A stretch of DNA of 32,000 bases from Telmatocola sphagniphila (GTDB taxonomy: Bacteria > Planctomycetota > Planctomycetia > Gemmatales > Gemmataceae). Where the stretch lies: contig NZ_CP074694.1 of assembly GCF_018398935.1 (NCBI RefSeq), positions 4,560,001-4,592,000 of the forward strand, read 5' to 3'. Below, in pieces: positions 1 through 7,921 of this stretch (its first letter is position 1; every line of letters begins with the position of its first letter). The notes under the pieces are model-generated. The model had not been told where the DNA came from and searched no databases. It was given only the letters and a program-made list of their open reading frames with translations. Both the position numbers and the translations under genes were made by a program.

Positions 1-620
1 ATTCCCGTGAGCATAGTCATAACGATCTCTGAAAGAAGGCCTGAATCCTGCATTCTGCTAAGTTGCTTTTCAGTGAAGACACCAATTGATTTCAACGTAT
101 TCTCATATCTTTCTGTCACTTCAACGATGAACCATTTCAACTCTCCTTGGTGGGTGGCGTGACGTTTCTCTTGTGGATTCAGCGGCACCGTGTAGGAGTT
201 CATCCGGCGGAACACTTGGCGGATTTCATTATCCGTCGCTCCTACGAACACATCAGCGGATATGGAATAGCTGATGAATCGTTGTTTATCTCCTTGATCC
301 AATTGATCGTACGACCTTCCAGAGAACTCGCTTTTTCCCGTGAGTCGGAATTTATTTTCATAGAAGTCTAAAATTGCTTTGCTTCTTTGCTGTCCGTCAA
401 CGATTTCCTTTACTGTCTTTCTACTCCGTAAGTCAGTTTTCTGAGATAGGCAGAACTTCGGAATCGGGAAACCGTGGAGAATAGTGTCGATTAGATACGA
501 ACGAGCAGCGGGTGGCCAGACGGCATCGGAACGCTGATAATCGCGATTGATCGTGATTGATCCTTTCTCCATTTGGTCACAGTATTCGGCGATCGTGAAT
601 CCGGTCGTAGTTACTTGCAT
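1..620 (-). CDS. DUF262 (ParB/Srx-like, GmrSD N-terminal type) domain protein; 3' end lies outside the window
   Basis: Not in the ORF track because it is open at the window edge. My reverse-strand translation from the ATG at 620..618 gives MQVTTTGFTIAEYCDQMEKGSITINRDYQRSDAVWPPAARSYLIDTILHGFPIPKF...EIVDGQQRSKAILDF...VFRRMNSYTVPLNPQEKRHA. It stays open to position 1. The (I/V)xRxYQR...W and DGQQR motifs are the DUF262 hallmarks. Confidence 0.8.
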   Translation of the reverse strand, partial: MQVTTTGFTIAEYCDQMEKGSITINRDYQRSDAVWPPAARSYLIDTILHGFPIPKFCLSQKTDLRSRKTVKEIVDGQQRSKAILDFYENKFRLTGKSEFSGRSYDQLDQGDKQRFISYSISADVFVGATDNEIRQVFRRMNSYTVPLNPQEKRHATHQGELKWFIVEVTERYENTLKSIGVFTEKQLSRMQDSGLLSEIVMTMLTG

Positions 621-878
621 TGTCGGATCCTAAGTATTCTCGAGGTATTTTTTGTCCGTCTTCCCCGTCGAACACAATAAATTTATGACTGCTTACTCAA
701 ATTTACAGCCAAAACGACCTAAAAACTGTTCGAAAAACGGGTAATCCATATCGCTGTCTCTGAAGCACGCTCCCTTACATCGGTGCTCTTGGTGGCTGCT
801 TAGGATATCCGTATGATAGAAAAAACTGACTTAAAGCAGACATAAGTGCCATGAATATTTACAGAGGCGAATTCCTGA

Positions 879-2156
879 ATGATATTCTCCAACCCGAAGC
901 GGATGAAACAGAAAACGCCCAATAAAGAATCGTGGTTCAATTTCTATGCCGGATATTCAGGGGCGTTTGTTCGAGACGTATTAGTTCAGGTGATGCCGAA
1001 TAATCAGGGGCGGGTGTTGGACCCGTGGAATGGGAGCGGTACCACTACAACAACTGCACATGAGCAAGGTATCGACTCTACCGGTATCGATATTAACCCA
1101 GTCATGATTATTGTCGCAAAGGCGAAATTACTGTCACCAGGAGTTGTTGAAAGCTTGCTGCCACTTGCAGAAGAGATTATTGCTTTAGCAAAGCAGACGA
1201 AAAAGCGAATCCATTATACCGACCCCCTCTTGGAATGGTTTACCCCGGCTGGGGCTTTACCAACTCGATTATTAGCTGACGCAATTTCCAAAATACTGAT
1301 GCCTAGCGAGGCTTGGGAGAAAGTATTCCTCTCAGACCATATTTGTCTAGTGTCTGATCTTGCCGCTTTCTTTCTGGTCGCTCTGTTTCGAACAACCAGA
1401 TCTCTCGTCGTGCGATTTCGACCAACCAACCCAACGTGGATCAAAGCGCCGGAATCTGACAAATGTCGGATTCGACCTAACCCCGAAAAAGTCTACGATG
1501 AGTTTCGTTTGAATATTCGGGAAATGCTGGCTGGGGTGGCACCAATTTCTGGGCAAGCAAACACAATTATTTCCCTCGGTTCATCTAGTGACCTTCCATT
1601 AGCAAAGAAGAGTGTCGATGCGGTTATTGCTTCACCGCCGTACTGTACAAGAATTGATTACGCAATTGCCACGAAGCCAGAATTGGCGGTACTTGGTTAT
1701 TCGCAGAAGAGAGATTTTGATTCTTTGCGGCGACTTATGATGGGTGGTCCTGTTGTTACCTCTTTAGCCAGTTCAACAAAATCAGGATGGGGTGAAAACT
1801 GCGTAAATTTCTTAAAAGCAGTTGAGACACATCCTTCGAAGGGATCACGCAGCTATTACCACAAGCTGTTCTTGCAATACTACGCTGCCATGTACGAATC
1901 ACTGCAAGAGATCAATCGTGTACTGGTACCTGATGGCCAGTGCGTCCTTGTGGTACAGGACTCCTTTTACAAAGAAGTACACATTGATGTTGCAAAGCAT
2001 ATCGGCGAGATGGCTCGAAATCTTGGTTGGACCTTAAAAAACCGATTTGATTTCGAGGCTAACCTTGTGATGGCAAGAATGAATCCGAAGATCAAAAAAT
2101 ACCGAACTTACTCGGGTGCAACCGAGAGCGTGCTCTGGTTTCGAAAAGCGTCGTGA
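879..2156 (+). CDS. DNA amino-methyltransferase (N4-cytosine or N6-adenine type, N6_N4_Mtase-like)
   Basis: 425-aa ORF. The AdoMet-binding motif DPWNGSGTT...GIDINP is near the N-terminus. The catalytic motif IV is SPPY (DAVIASPPYCTRIDY), followed by RVLVPDGQCVLVVQD. Motif I precedes motif IV, which is permuted relative to beta-class enzymes. SPPY is most typical of N4-C methylases, but the base specificity cannot be read from the sequence. Confidence 0.85.
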   Translation: MIFSNPKRMKQKTPNKESWFNFYAGYSGAFVRDVLVQVMPNNQGRVLDPWNGSGTTTTTAHEQGIDSTGIDINPVMIIVAKAKLLSPGVVESLLPLAEEIIALAKQTKKRIHYTDPLLEWFTPAGALPTRLLADAISKILMPSEAWEKVFLSDHICLVSDLAAFFLVALFRTTRSLVVRFRPTNPTWIKAPESDKCRIRPNPEKVYDEFRLNIREMLAGVAPISGQANTIISLGSSSDLPLAKKSVDAVIASPPYCTRIDYAIATKPELAVLGYSQKRDFDSLRRLMMGGPVVTSLASSTKSGWGENCVNFLKAVETHPSKGSRSYYHKLFLQYYAAMYESLQEINRVLVPDGQCVLVVQDSFYKEVHIDVAKHIGEMARNLGWTLKNRFDFEANLVMARMNPKIKKYRTYSGATESVLWFRKAS

Positions 2157-2168
2157 GGAATTTGGATT

Positions 2169-3305
2169 ATGCCAACCATCGATCCTGTCTCCCTTATTGC
2201 TGCAGCTGACGAGCAGGTAGCAAAGGTTCGAACTCAAGGCAAAGACTATTCTTTCAACGAACTCCTTAGCATGCATGAGGAGGGCGAACTGATTATTAAC
2301 CCAGAGTATCAAAGGCTCTTCCGATGGCCAGAAGAAAAAGAATCTCGATTCATAGAATCTCTGATTTTAGAATTGCCCTTACCTCCAATTTTCGTGATCG
2401 AGGTTGAGGGCGGGAGATACGAACTAATTGACGGGTTACAGCGAATCTCATCATATTTCCATTATCGCGGTAAGCTCAAAGCACCTCATAGGAGTATAAA
2501 GGTTAATGATTACCTGAAACTGATCGACTGTGATATAGTGGAAGCGCTAAATGGGCACGTATACGATGATTTGCCCGAAGCACTTCGCATCAAACTCAAG
2601 CGTCATTCTGTTAGGGTCGAAGTGATTCGCAAAGAGAGCGACAGACGTCTCAGATATCACATGTTCAAGCGGTTGAATACAGGAGGAGCACTACTGAGTG
2701 AACAAGAAATTCGAAACTGTACTATTCGGCTCCTTGATAACACCTTCAATCAATTCATCATTGATTGCAGTCAAGAAGCCGATTTCATCGAATGTACCTC
2801 GAATGTGGGCTCAGAACAGATCGACAAGAAATTTGATCAAGAATTGGCTCTCAGATTCTTTGCATTTAAAAACTGGCCTGACAAATATAGCCACGAAATC
2901 GGTTCGTTTCTGACTGAATACATGGAGGCTGTAACGGACCCTCTGAAAGGTGTACCTTTTGATTACACCTCAGAGCGCCTCAAGTTCAAAAAAACATTCG
3001 GAGTTCTCCGTGCATGTCTCGGAAGTGACGCATTCTACATGGTTGTTAAGAGGAGTACGGGGACTCAATCGAAGTATCCTTTTAGTGTGTTACATTATGA
3101 AGCATTTACACTAGGGCTGCAATCTCACTTAGAGCGTCTCGATCTCACCAACTCATCTCAAATAGAAAAAATGAAATCAGAAGCAACGAAAATCAAGTAT
3201 GACGAAGAGTTTATTAAATTGACGACAGGAGGTGGGAAAAACACGAAAGGATCACTAACAAAGAGGATCCAGTTTGTATCTGATCGTATTGGTAAAGTCA
3301 TATGA
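2169..3305 (+). CDS. DUF262 (ParB/Srx-like) domain protein lacking a recognisable DUF1524/His-Me nuclease tail
   Basis: 378-aa ORF starting 12 nt after the methylase stop, with GAGGAA upstream. Motifs: INPEYQRLFRWPEEKESRFIESLILELPLPPIF, ELIDGLQRISS, FKRLNTGGALLSEQEIRN. The C-terminal ~180 aa has no motif I can assign. Confidence 0.85.
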   Translation: MPTIDPVSLIAAADEQVAKVRTQGKDYSFNELLSMHEEGELIINPEYQRLFRWPEEKESRFIESLILELPLPPIFVIEVEGGRYELIDGLQRISSYFHYRGKLKAPHRSIKVNDYLKLIDCDIVEALNGHVYDDLPEALRIKLKRHSVRVEVIRKESDRRLRYHMFKRLNTGGALLSEQEIRNCTIRLLDNTFNQFIIDCSQEADFIECTSNVGSEQIDKKFDQELALRFFAFKNWPDKYSHEIGSFLTEYMEAVTDPLKGVPFDYTSERLKFKKTFGVLRACLGSDAFYMVVKRSTGTQSKYPFSVLHYEAFTLGLQSHLERLDLTNSSQIEKMKSEATKIKYDEEFIKLTTGGGKNTKGSLTKRIQFVSDRIGKVI

Positions 3306-3988
3306 ACCTTGCCGACATCCGCGCAGAGCTTGAAGATGAGCTTAGATGGCGTTCGGAAGAACTCCGTTTCTTAAAAAACCAATTGACAGACCTACGAAAT
3401 GATGACGAACGCTGCCAATTTCGACGAGCTCTTGTTGTCATGCTGTATGCGCACTTTGAAGGCTTCTGGAAAGCGGCATTTTCAATCTACGTTAAGACAC
3501 TAAATTCAGAAGGAATTTTATGTAAAGATGCTGTTAATCATTTGGTTGCTGCAAGTCTCTTCGATTTGTTTTCGGCTTTATCAAGCCAAGCAAAGCATCC
3601 CTATTTTCGTGAAAGAGCAGCTGATGATACCAAGCTGCATCAACTATACCGTCAAGTCGAGTTCATCGATAATTTGCCCAACATAGACACAACGCGTCTT
3701 GAGTTGTCCGCAGAAAAAGTTGTAGATACTGAATCCAATCTTTGGCCTGTTGTTATACGGAAGATATTATTTCGCCTTGGATTTCCTGACCAGACATTCG
3801 GAAGCCATGAAGGGGCTGTATGGAATCTTGTTAACAAACGAAATGGTGTTTCCCATGGAACAGATCGATTAGGATTCACAGCGAAAGAATTCAATGAACT
3901 CGAATACGCTGTACTTAATATCATGGAGGACGTTGTAAAGATCCTTTTCAGTTGGTTGCGCGAGCGAAAATTTCTGAAAACAACTTGA
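3302..3988 (+). CDS. HEPN-like putative nuclease (resembles the MAE_28990/MAE_18760-type HEPN family)
   Basis: 228-aa ORF. Its ATG overlaps the upstream stop by 4 nt (ATGA at 3302..3305), suggesting translational coupling. The sequence is helix-rich, with a C-terminal R-x4-H motif (LVNKRNGVSHGTD). The family assignment is from memory of that family's frequent DUF262 neighbourhood and has not been searched. Confidence 0.65.
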   Translation: MNLADIRAELEDELRWRSEELRFLKNQLTDLRNDDERCQFRRALVVMLYAHFEGFWKAAFSIYVKTLNSEGILCKDAVNHLVAASLFDLFSALSSQAKHPYFRERAADDTKLHQLYRQVEFIDNLPNIDTTRLELSAEKVVDTESNLWPVVIRKILFRLGFPDQTFGSHEGAVWNLVNKRNGVSHGTDRLGFTAKEFNELEYAVLNIMEDVVKILFSWLRERKFLKTT

Positions 3989-4074
3989 TGTTTCGATTTA
4001 CTAACTGAATACTTATTGGGTTATTTGCGATATAAATCTCTTGCGTAGAGCAAGTGGGTATGTATTCTTGAATC

Positions 4075-4971
4075 ATGCCCCGCCGTCTTCCCCCCAAGGG
4101 CGATTTTCAGCCCGATCTCTTTGCCGCCAGTTTTGCGGATATCCCGATCCGCGACCAGCGGGATACTATGGAGCGGCCATTTTTTAGCCTTTCCAAAAAA
4201 CCTCGTATTACTCCAATCGCTTACCATGTTGGCGATGTTTGGGTGGAAGTCAGTCCCAATCCCCAGTTCGGCATGGCAACCATCTGGGATGCCGATATTC
4301 TGCTTTGGGCTTCAACTCAAATTACGGAGGCTCTCGACCGAGGTCTTCCGGCCAATCGCACTCTCAAATTCCATCCTCATAATCTGCTGAAGTCCATTCG
4401 TCGAGATATCGGTGGGGATCACTATGTCCGATTGCGGGCAGCCCTGGAACGCCTCACCCATACGGCGGTTCGGACGAATATCCGGGCCAATGGCAAAAAG
4501 AAGTTCGCTTCCTTCCATTGGCTGGAAAGCTGGACCGAGGTCACCGATGAAACCACGGGCGAAACCCAGGGGATGACCATTACTATTCCCGACTGGCTAT
4601 TCCAAGGCATCGTGATGAAGGGAGGTGTGCTGACTATCCACGAGGATTATTTCCTGCTCACGGGCGGTATAGAGCGATGGCTTTATCGGGTTGCCCGGAA
4701 GCATGCCGGGCATCAGGAGATTGGCTGGCAGTTTACCATGCGGCAGCTTTATGAAAAGTCCGGTTCGACAGCTCGGTTTTCGGATTTCGCTATCGATGTC
4801 CGGAAGCTGGTCGAATTGAATCAATTACCCGAATATTCGCTCTATCTGCATCGCAATGAGCAGGAGGAAGAGGTCATCAATTTCCTGAGGCGTAGCCAAT
4901 TGGGGGTCGATGATCCGAATTACCAGTTCGAACGGAATCCAAAGCGGCGTTTGACGCCCGCTGCGGTTTGA
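4075..4971 (+). CDS. repA: Plasmid replication initiator RepA (Replication initiator protein A / RPA family)
   Basis: 298-aa ORF with the family-typical N-terminal block DIPIRDQRDTMERPFFSLSKKPRITPIAY...GMATIWDADILLWASTQI. An iteron array lies immediately downstream. Confidence 0.9.
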   Translation: MPRRLPPKGDFQPDLFAASFADIPIRDQRDTMERPFFSLSKKPRITPIAYHVGDVWVEVSPNPQFGMATIWDADILLWASTQITEALDRGLPANRTLKFHPHNLLKSIRRDIGGDHYVRLRAALERLTHTAVRTNIRANGKKKFASFHWLESWTEVTDETTGETQGMTITIPDWLFQGIVMKGGVLTIHEDYFLLTGGIERWLYRVARKHAGHQEIGWQFTMRQLYEKSGSTARFSDFAIDVRKLVELNQLPEYSLYLHRNEQEEEVINFLRRSQLGVDDPNYQFERNPKRRLTPAAV

Positions 4972-5010
4972 GGGATTGATTGAAAACAGTCACTTAAATT
5001 TCCGAGGGTC

Positions 5011-5311
5011 GGCCTATCGGGCGCATTTAGGGTGAATTCTTCACCTTCGGATCTCCTTTCGAGTCCCCTCTTCTCCCGACTTTGAACGCAATCGAATCGA
5101 TTTATGGGTAATTATCCTGAATTTCGGAGAGGATTTCGGCAAAGTGCCGGTCATCGGCCTATTAGGCGTACAGTTCTGGGACTCCTTCTTCGGGGCAAGT
5201 TATCCCCGGACCCCTCCAATACAACACGGCCTATTAGACGCAACCTGCTCGGCCTATTAGACGCAGTTTCATTTGGCCTATTGGGCGCATGGATTCGGCC
5301 TATTAGGCGCG
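5011..5311. repeat. Iteron array of the replication origin (consensus CGGCCTATTRGRCGCA)
   Basis: Six direct copies start at about 5011 (ggcctatcgggcgca), 5156 (ggcctattaggcgta), 5228 and 5251 (ggcctattagacgca), 5275 (ggcctattgggcgca) and 5297 (ggcctattaggcgcg). The last four are spaced 22-24 bp apart, about two helical turns. A partial inverted copy (tgcgcctaataaacgg) lies at about 5625..5640. Confidence 0.8.
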
Positions 5312-5366
5312 CCAACGCCCGACAAATTCTTGAGTTTCAAGCGGTTCCAAGGAGCCTAACTGTTTA

Positions 5367-5414
5367 ACCTAAACAATAAATATAACTCTTTTAACGCACG
5401 GGACCTGTGGATAA
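5367..5414. promoter_or_regulatory. AT-rich stretch plus a perfect DnaA box (origin unwinding/host-factor region)
   Basis: aacctaaacaataaatataactcttttaac (about 5367..5397) is followed by TGTGGATAA at 5406..5414, the exact reverse complement of the consensus DnaA box TTATCCACA. Nested inverted repeats follow: AAGTCCCTT...AAGGGACTT, and ATCGATC-ctcta-GATCGAT. Confidence 0.55.
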
Positions 5415-5661
5415 GTCCCTTCCCTGCTCCCAATCGATCCTCTAGATCGATAGAAGGAAGTGGCTTAGCAGAAAGGGACTTCCCGGGATCGATTTATTCC
5501 CTTCAATGAACGATTAGCGTGGGCAACCTGAGGCGAAAGGCGTATCGAAGCCCCTACCCTATCAAAAAACCTCTTCGCTTCTAAAAAAGCCATTTCCCGG
5601 GCATTTTGTTTTTCGATCCGGATATGCGCCTAATAAACGGCGTTTAATGACTTTCTGAAAT

Positions 5662-5979
5662 CTAAGACCAGTAGCCCTTCGCTCGCATCCAGTCCTCCAA
5701 AGCCTCCTCGAGCACTTCCTGCAAGGAATTGGGATACTGGTTATTCAATTGCCGTTCCAGGGATTCCCTCTTGAGAGCATTGGCGAATTCCGCACGGAGT
5801 CGTGAAGTAAATGGAACTCGATTTATGGGCGGTTGACCTTTGGGATCGCGGCTTTCCACGGCTTTCGGATGAATTTTGACGGGTTCCTCAGCTTCTTTGC
5901 TGCCAAAAACAAACTGTTTTTCAATGGCTGGATCGATAGGATCCTTCAGTCCGGCGACTAATGGTCTTCTCTCTTTCAT
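5662..5979 (-). CDS. Small partition-operon protein (ParG/ParB-like centromere-binding candidate)
   Basis: It lies directly downstream of parA on the same strand, with an 17-nt gap. I prefer the internal ATG at 5979 (MKERRPLVAGL...) because GGGAGGAAG sits 5-6 nt upstream. The track ORF begins 15 nt earlier. At 105 aa, its position and size fit the type Ib par partner. No motif is recognised with certainty. Confidence 0.55.
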   Translation of the reverse strand: MKERRPLVAGLKDPIDPAIEKQFVFGSKEAEEPVKIHPKAVESRDPKGQPPINRVPFTSRLRAEFANALKRESLERQLNNQYPNSLQEVLEEALEDWMRAKGYWS

Positions 5980-5996
5980 GAGTCTTCCTCCCACAA

Positions 5997-6671
5997 TTAA
6001 GCAGATTCCAATTTCTTGATTTTGCTTCGCTTTTTGCTGGCGACCGCATCCGGCAGTAGCTCCCGGAAAAGGGCCTGCACCTCATCGGCGGCTTCGCGGC
6101 CCCGACTCCCCAGTTTCCAGACGACCGCTCCCTGCCCCGGTGCATCGGCATAGATCTGCTTCAGAGTTAAAGCAGTCTTGGCCAGCGGAAGTTCTAAAGC
6201 TTCGGCGGCATCCTTCATATCCTGCGTCAAGCGATAGTTTTTTCCCACCATCGAAAGGACGATCACGGCTTCGGGATGGCCTCCCCGAATATCCTGGGAT
6301 TGCCGTAAGACCTTGGTGGCCTGGGAAAGCGCCCTCACCTCCAACATGGAGGCTTTGCAGGGGACGATAGCCAGATCCGCTCGAAGTAACAAAGCCCGGC
6401 TGGTTTCGGTGTTGCTGCCCGGGCCGTCGGCGACGACATACTCGGCGTGTTCGCTCAGTGTTGGCAAACGATCCAAGATTTCTTCGGGGTCGGCCAGTCG
6501 TACCGTTTTAACTCCGGGTACCGCTTCGGCGGCCCAATCGGAGGAGGAATGCTGCGTGTCGCAATCGGCGAGAGTTACCGTATGGCCCTGCTCAAAAAGC
6601 CAAGCGGCCAAATGGACAGCCAGCGTGGACTTCCCAACTCCCCCTTTTGAATTTGCAACAACAATGATCAT
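5997..6671 (-). CDS. parA: ParA-family partition ATPase
   Basis: 224-aa ORF with a deviant Walker A at the N-terminus (MIIVVANSKGGVGKSTLAVHLA). ParA/Soj-typical blocks follow (DCDTQHSS, VVADGPG, IVPCKAS). Confidence 0.92.
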   Translation of the reverse strand: MIIVVANSKGGVGKSTLAVHLAAWLFEQGHTVTLADCDTQHSSSDWAAEAVPGVKTVRLADPEEILDRLPTLSEHAEYVVADGPGSNTETSRALLLRADLAIVPCKASMLEVRALSQATKVLRQSQDIRGGHPEAVIVLSMVGKNYRLTQDMKDAAEALELPLAKTALTLKQIYADAPGQGAVVWKLGSRGREAADEVQALFRELLPDAVASKKRSKIKKLESA

Positions 6672-6975
6672 GCGGCGGACGGTACCACATGTTTACATGA
6701 TTGCAAGTAATATGTGCGACATGAAGACACGACGGCATGTCGGCAAGGTGACATAATTTTATGTCTTCAAGTAATTAGGATTTCTTGCCGTCTTGCAAGC
6801 ATGTCAGCATGACGTTTTGATGACTTGGCGACAGTGCGACATGTAAGCAAGTAATCTGTATTTCATGTATTCCTGCAGTCTGGCAATCATGCTTACATGT
6901 TTACAACAATGCAAAATGGCCGCCTGACATGTAATCATGTTTTCATGTCGTCATGCCTGTCTGAAAACATGTCTG
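6669..6975. repeat. CATG-core repeat array upstream of parA (candidate centromere parS/parC plus par promoter/operator)
   Basis: I count 16 CATG tetramers in about 300 bp, against about 1 expected at random. Five of them are ACATGT. Longer words recur: ACATGTTTACA x2 (about 6688, 6896), GTGCGACATG x2 (about 6714, 6835), GCAAGTAAT x2 (about 6703, 6847) plus TCAAGTAAT (about 6768). Confidence 0.55.
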
Positions 6976-7262
6976 CTGGTCTTCCTGCTTACAGGCCTGA
7001 AAGTCAGCTTTCTGGCTGATCTGCCGGAATTTCACGGAGAAATTCTGTCGATGCGAAGCATCGGGAAGATGCCTGTACGGTTGACGGATATTTTTTCCCT
7101 CGAGGAAAGTCGCTCGTAAATGCATTAGAATTTGGGGCGCTGAAGATAGAAAAAGTGTCCCCAGTATCCTTCCGAAGCGAGCGATTGCACCTAAAATCGA
7201 CCAGAATCATTGCAAAGTATATTAAATCCCCAGCCTCGAAATCGGTGGTCGTAGATCGGAAT

Positions 7263-7766
7263 ATGAATGACATGGAAGAACTCGATTCGGAATCCCAGGA
7301 ACTACCGCACTACCGGCGTCCTTGGATCCTGCTGATTCCTCTCGGATTCGCAGCCTTCCTTTTTTTCTTGCTGACACTGCTCTTTCTTTTTGGGCCGGTA
7401 GACAAAAAGCATAAAGAAGATGATTCGGCCATGTTGCTGTTAGTTGGCGGCATCATGGCGTTTTTCTTCGCGGTATCTTTTTTTGTTTGCGTTCGGCTTT
7501 ACCGGGGGCCGCGCCCGGGCACGACCTCAGCGTTACCGCTTTGGTTCATTCGAGGCTTTGGGCTGTTCATGGCCCTGGGAGCAGTGGGAACTTATTTGCT
7601 GAATAAAACGAGTTTGCAAAACAGCATTAAAAGTTTTGTTTTATTCCTAGGGATTGCGATTACGGGCGATGTGGTTCAGATGATTCAGGACACTTCGAAT
7701 GAAGACAAAGAAAAAGAGGAACCCTCCACGAATTCAGATCCCCAGAAGGATGATAAATCAAAATAG
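7263..7766 (+). CDS. Hypothetical integral membrane protein (about 4 TM helices, acidic/lysine-rich tail)
   Basis: The track ORF 7155..7766 starts at a GTG. The in-frame ATG at 7263 (MNDMEELDSE...) is the more plausible start. Hydrophobic segments: WILLIPLGFAAFLFFLLTLLFLF, LLLVGGIMAFFFAVSFFVCV, GFGLFMALGAVGTYLL, FVLFLGIAITG. No family is recognised. Confidence 0.5.
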   Translation: MNDMEELDSESQELPHYRRPWILLIPLGFAAFLFFLLTLLFLFGPVDKKHKEDDSAMLLLVGGIMAFFFAVSFFVCVRLYRGPRPGTTSALPLWFIRGFGLFMALGAVGTYLLNKTSLQNSIKSFVLFLGIAITGDVVQMIQDTSNEDKEKEEPSTNSDPQKDDKSK

Positions 7767-7921
7767 CCCATAAAGAGTCTCAATGGGTTTTCTATTTGCT
7801 TACCTCGATTGACAAATTATACAATTCCGGTTGTCCCGCAGAATGCTACCGACTTTCGTGAGTGGGCGACACGGAACCGGACTTCTGCGGGACTCTTGTA
7901 TTTCCCTCGAATCGATTTCCT

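Noticed and set aside
5104-5367. 87-aa plus-strand ORF with repeated RPIRR peptide motifs
   Set aside because: The repeated peptide is simply the translation of the iterons (CGGCCTATTAGGCG). The ORF spans the non-coding origin and has no RBS or recognisable fold.
6140-6756. Plus-strand ORFs (76, 147 and 67 aa) opposite parA
   Set aside because: These are antisense shadow ORFs of a confidently assigned ParA gene. They have Arg/Ser/Pro-rich, low-complexity translations typical of GC-rich antisense frames.
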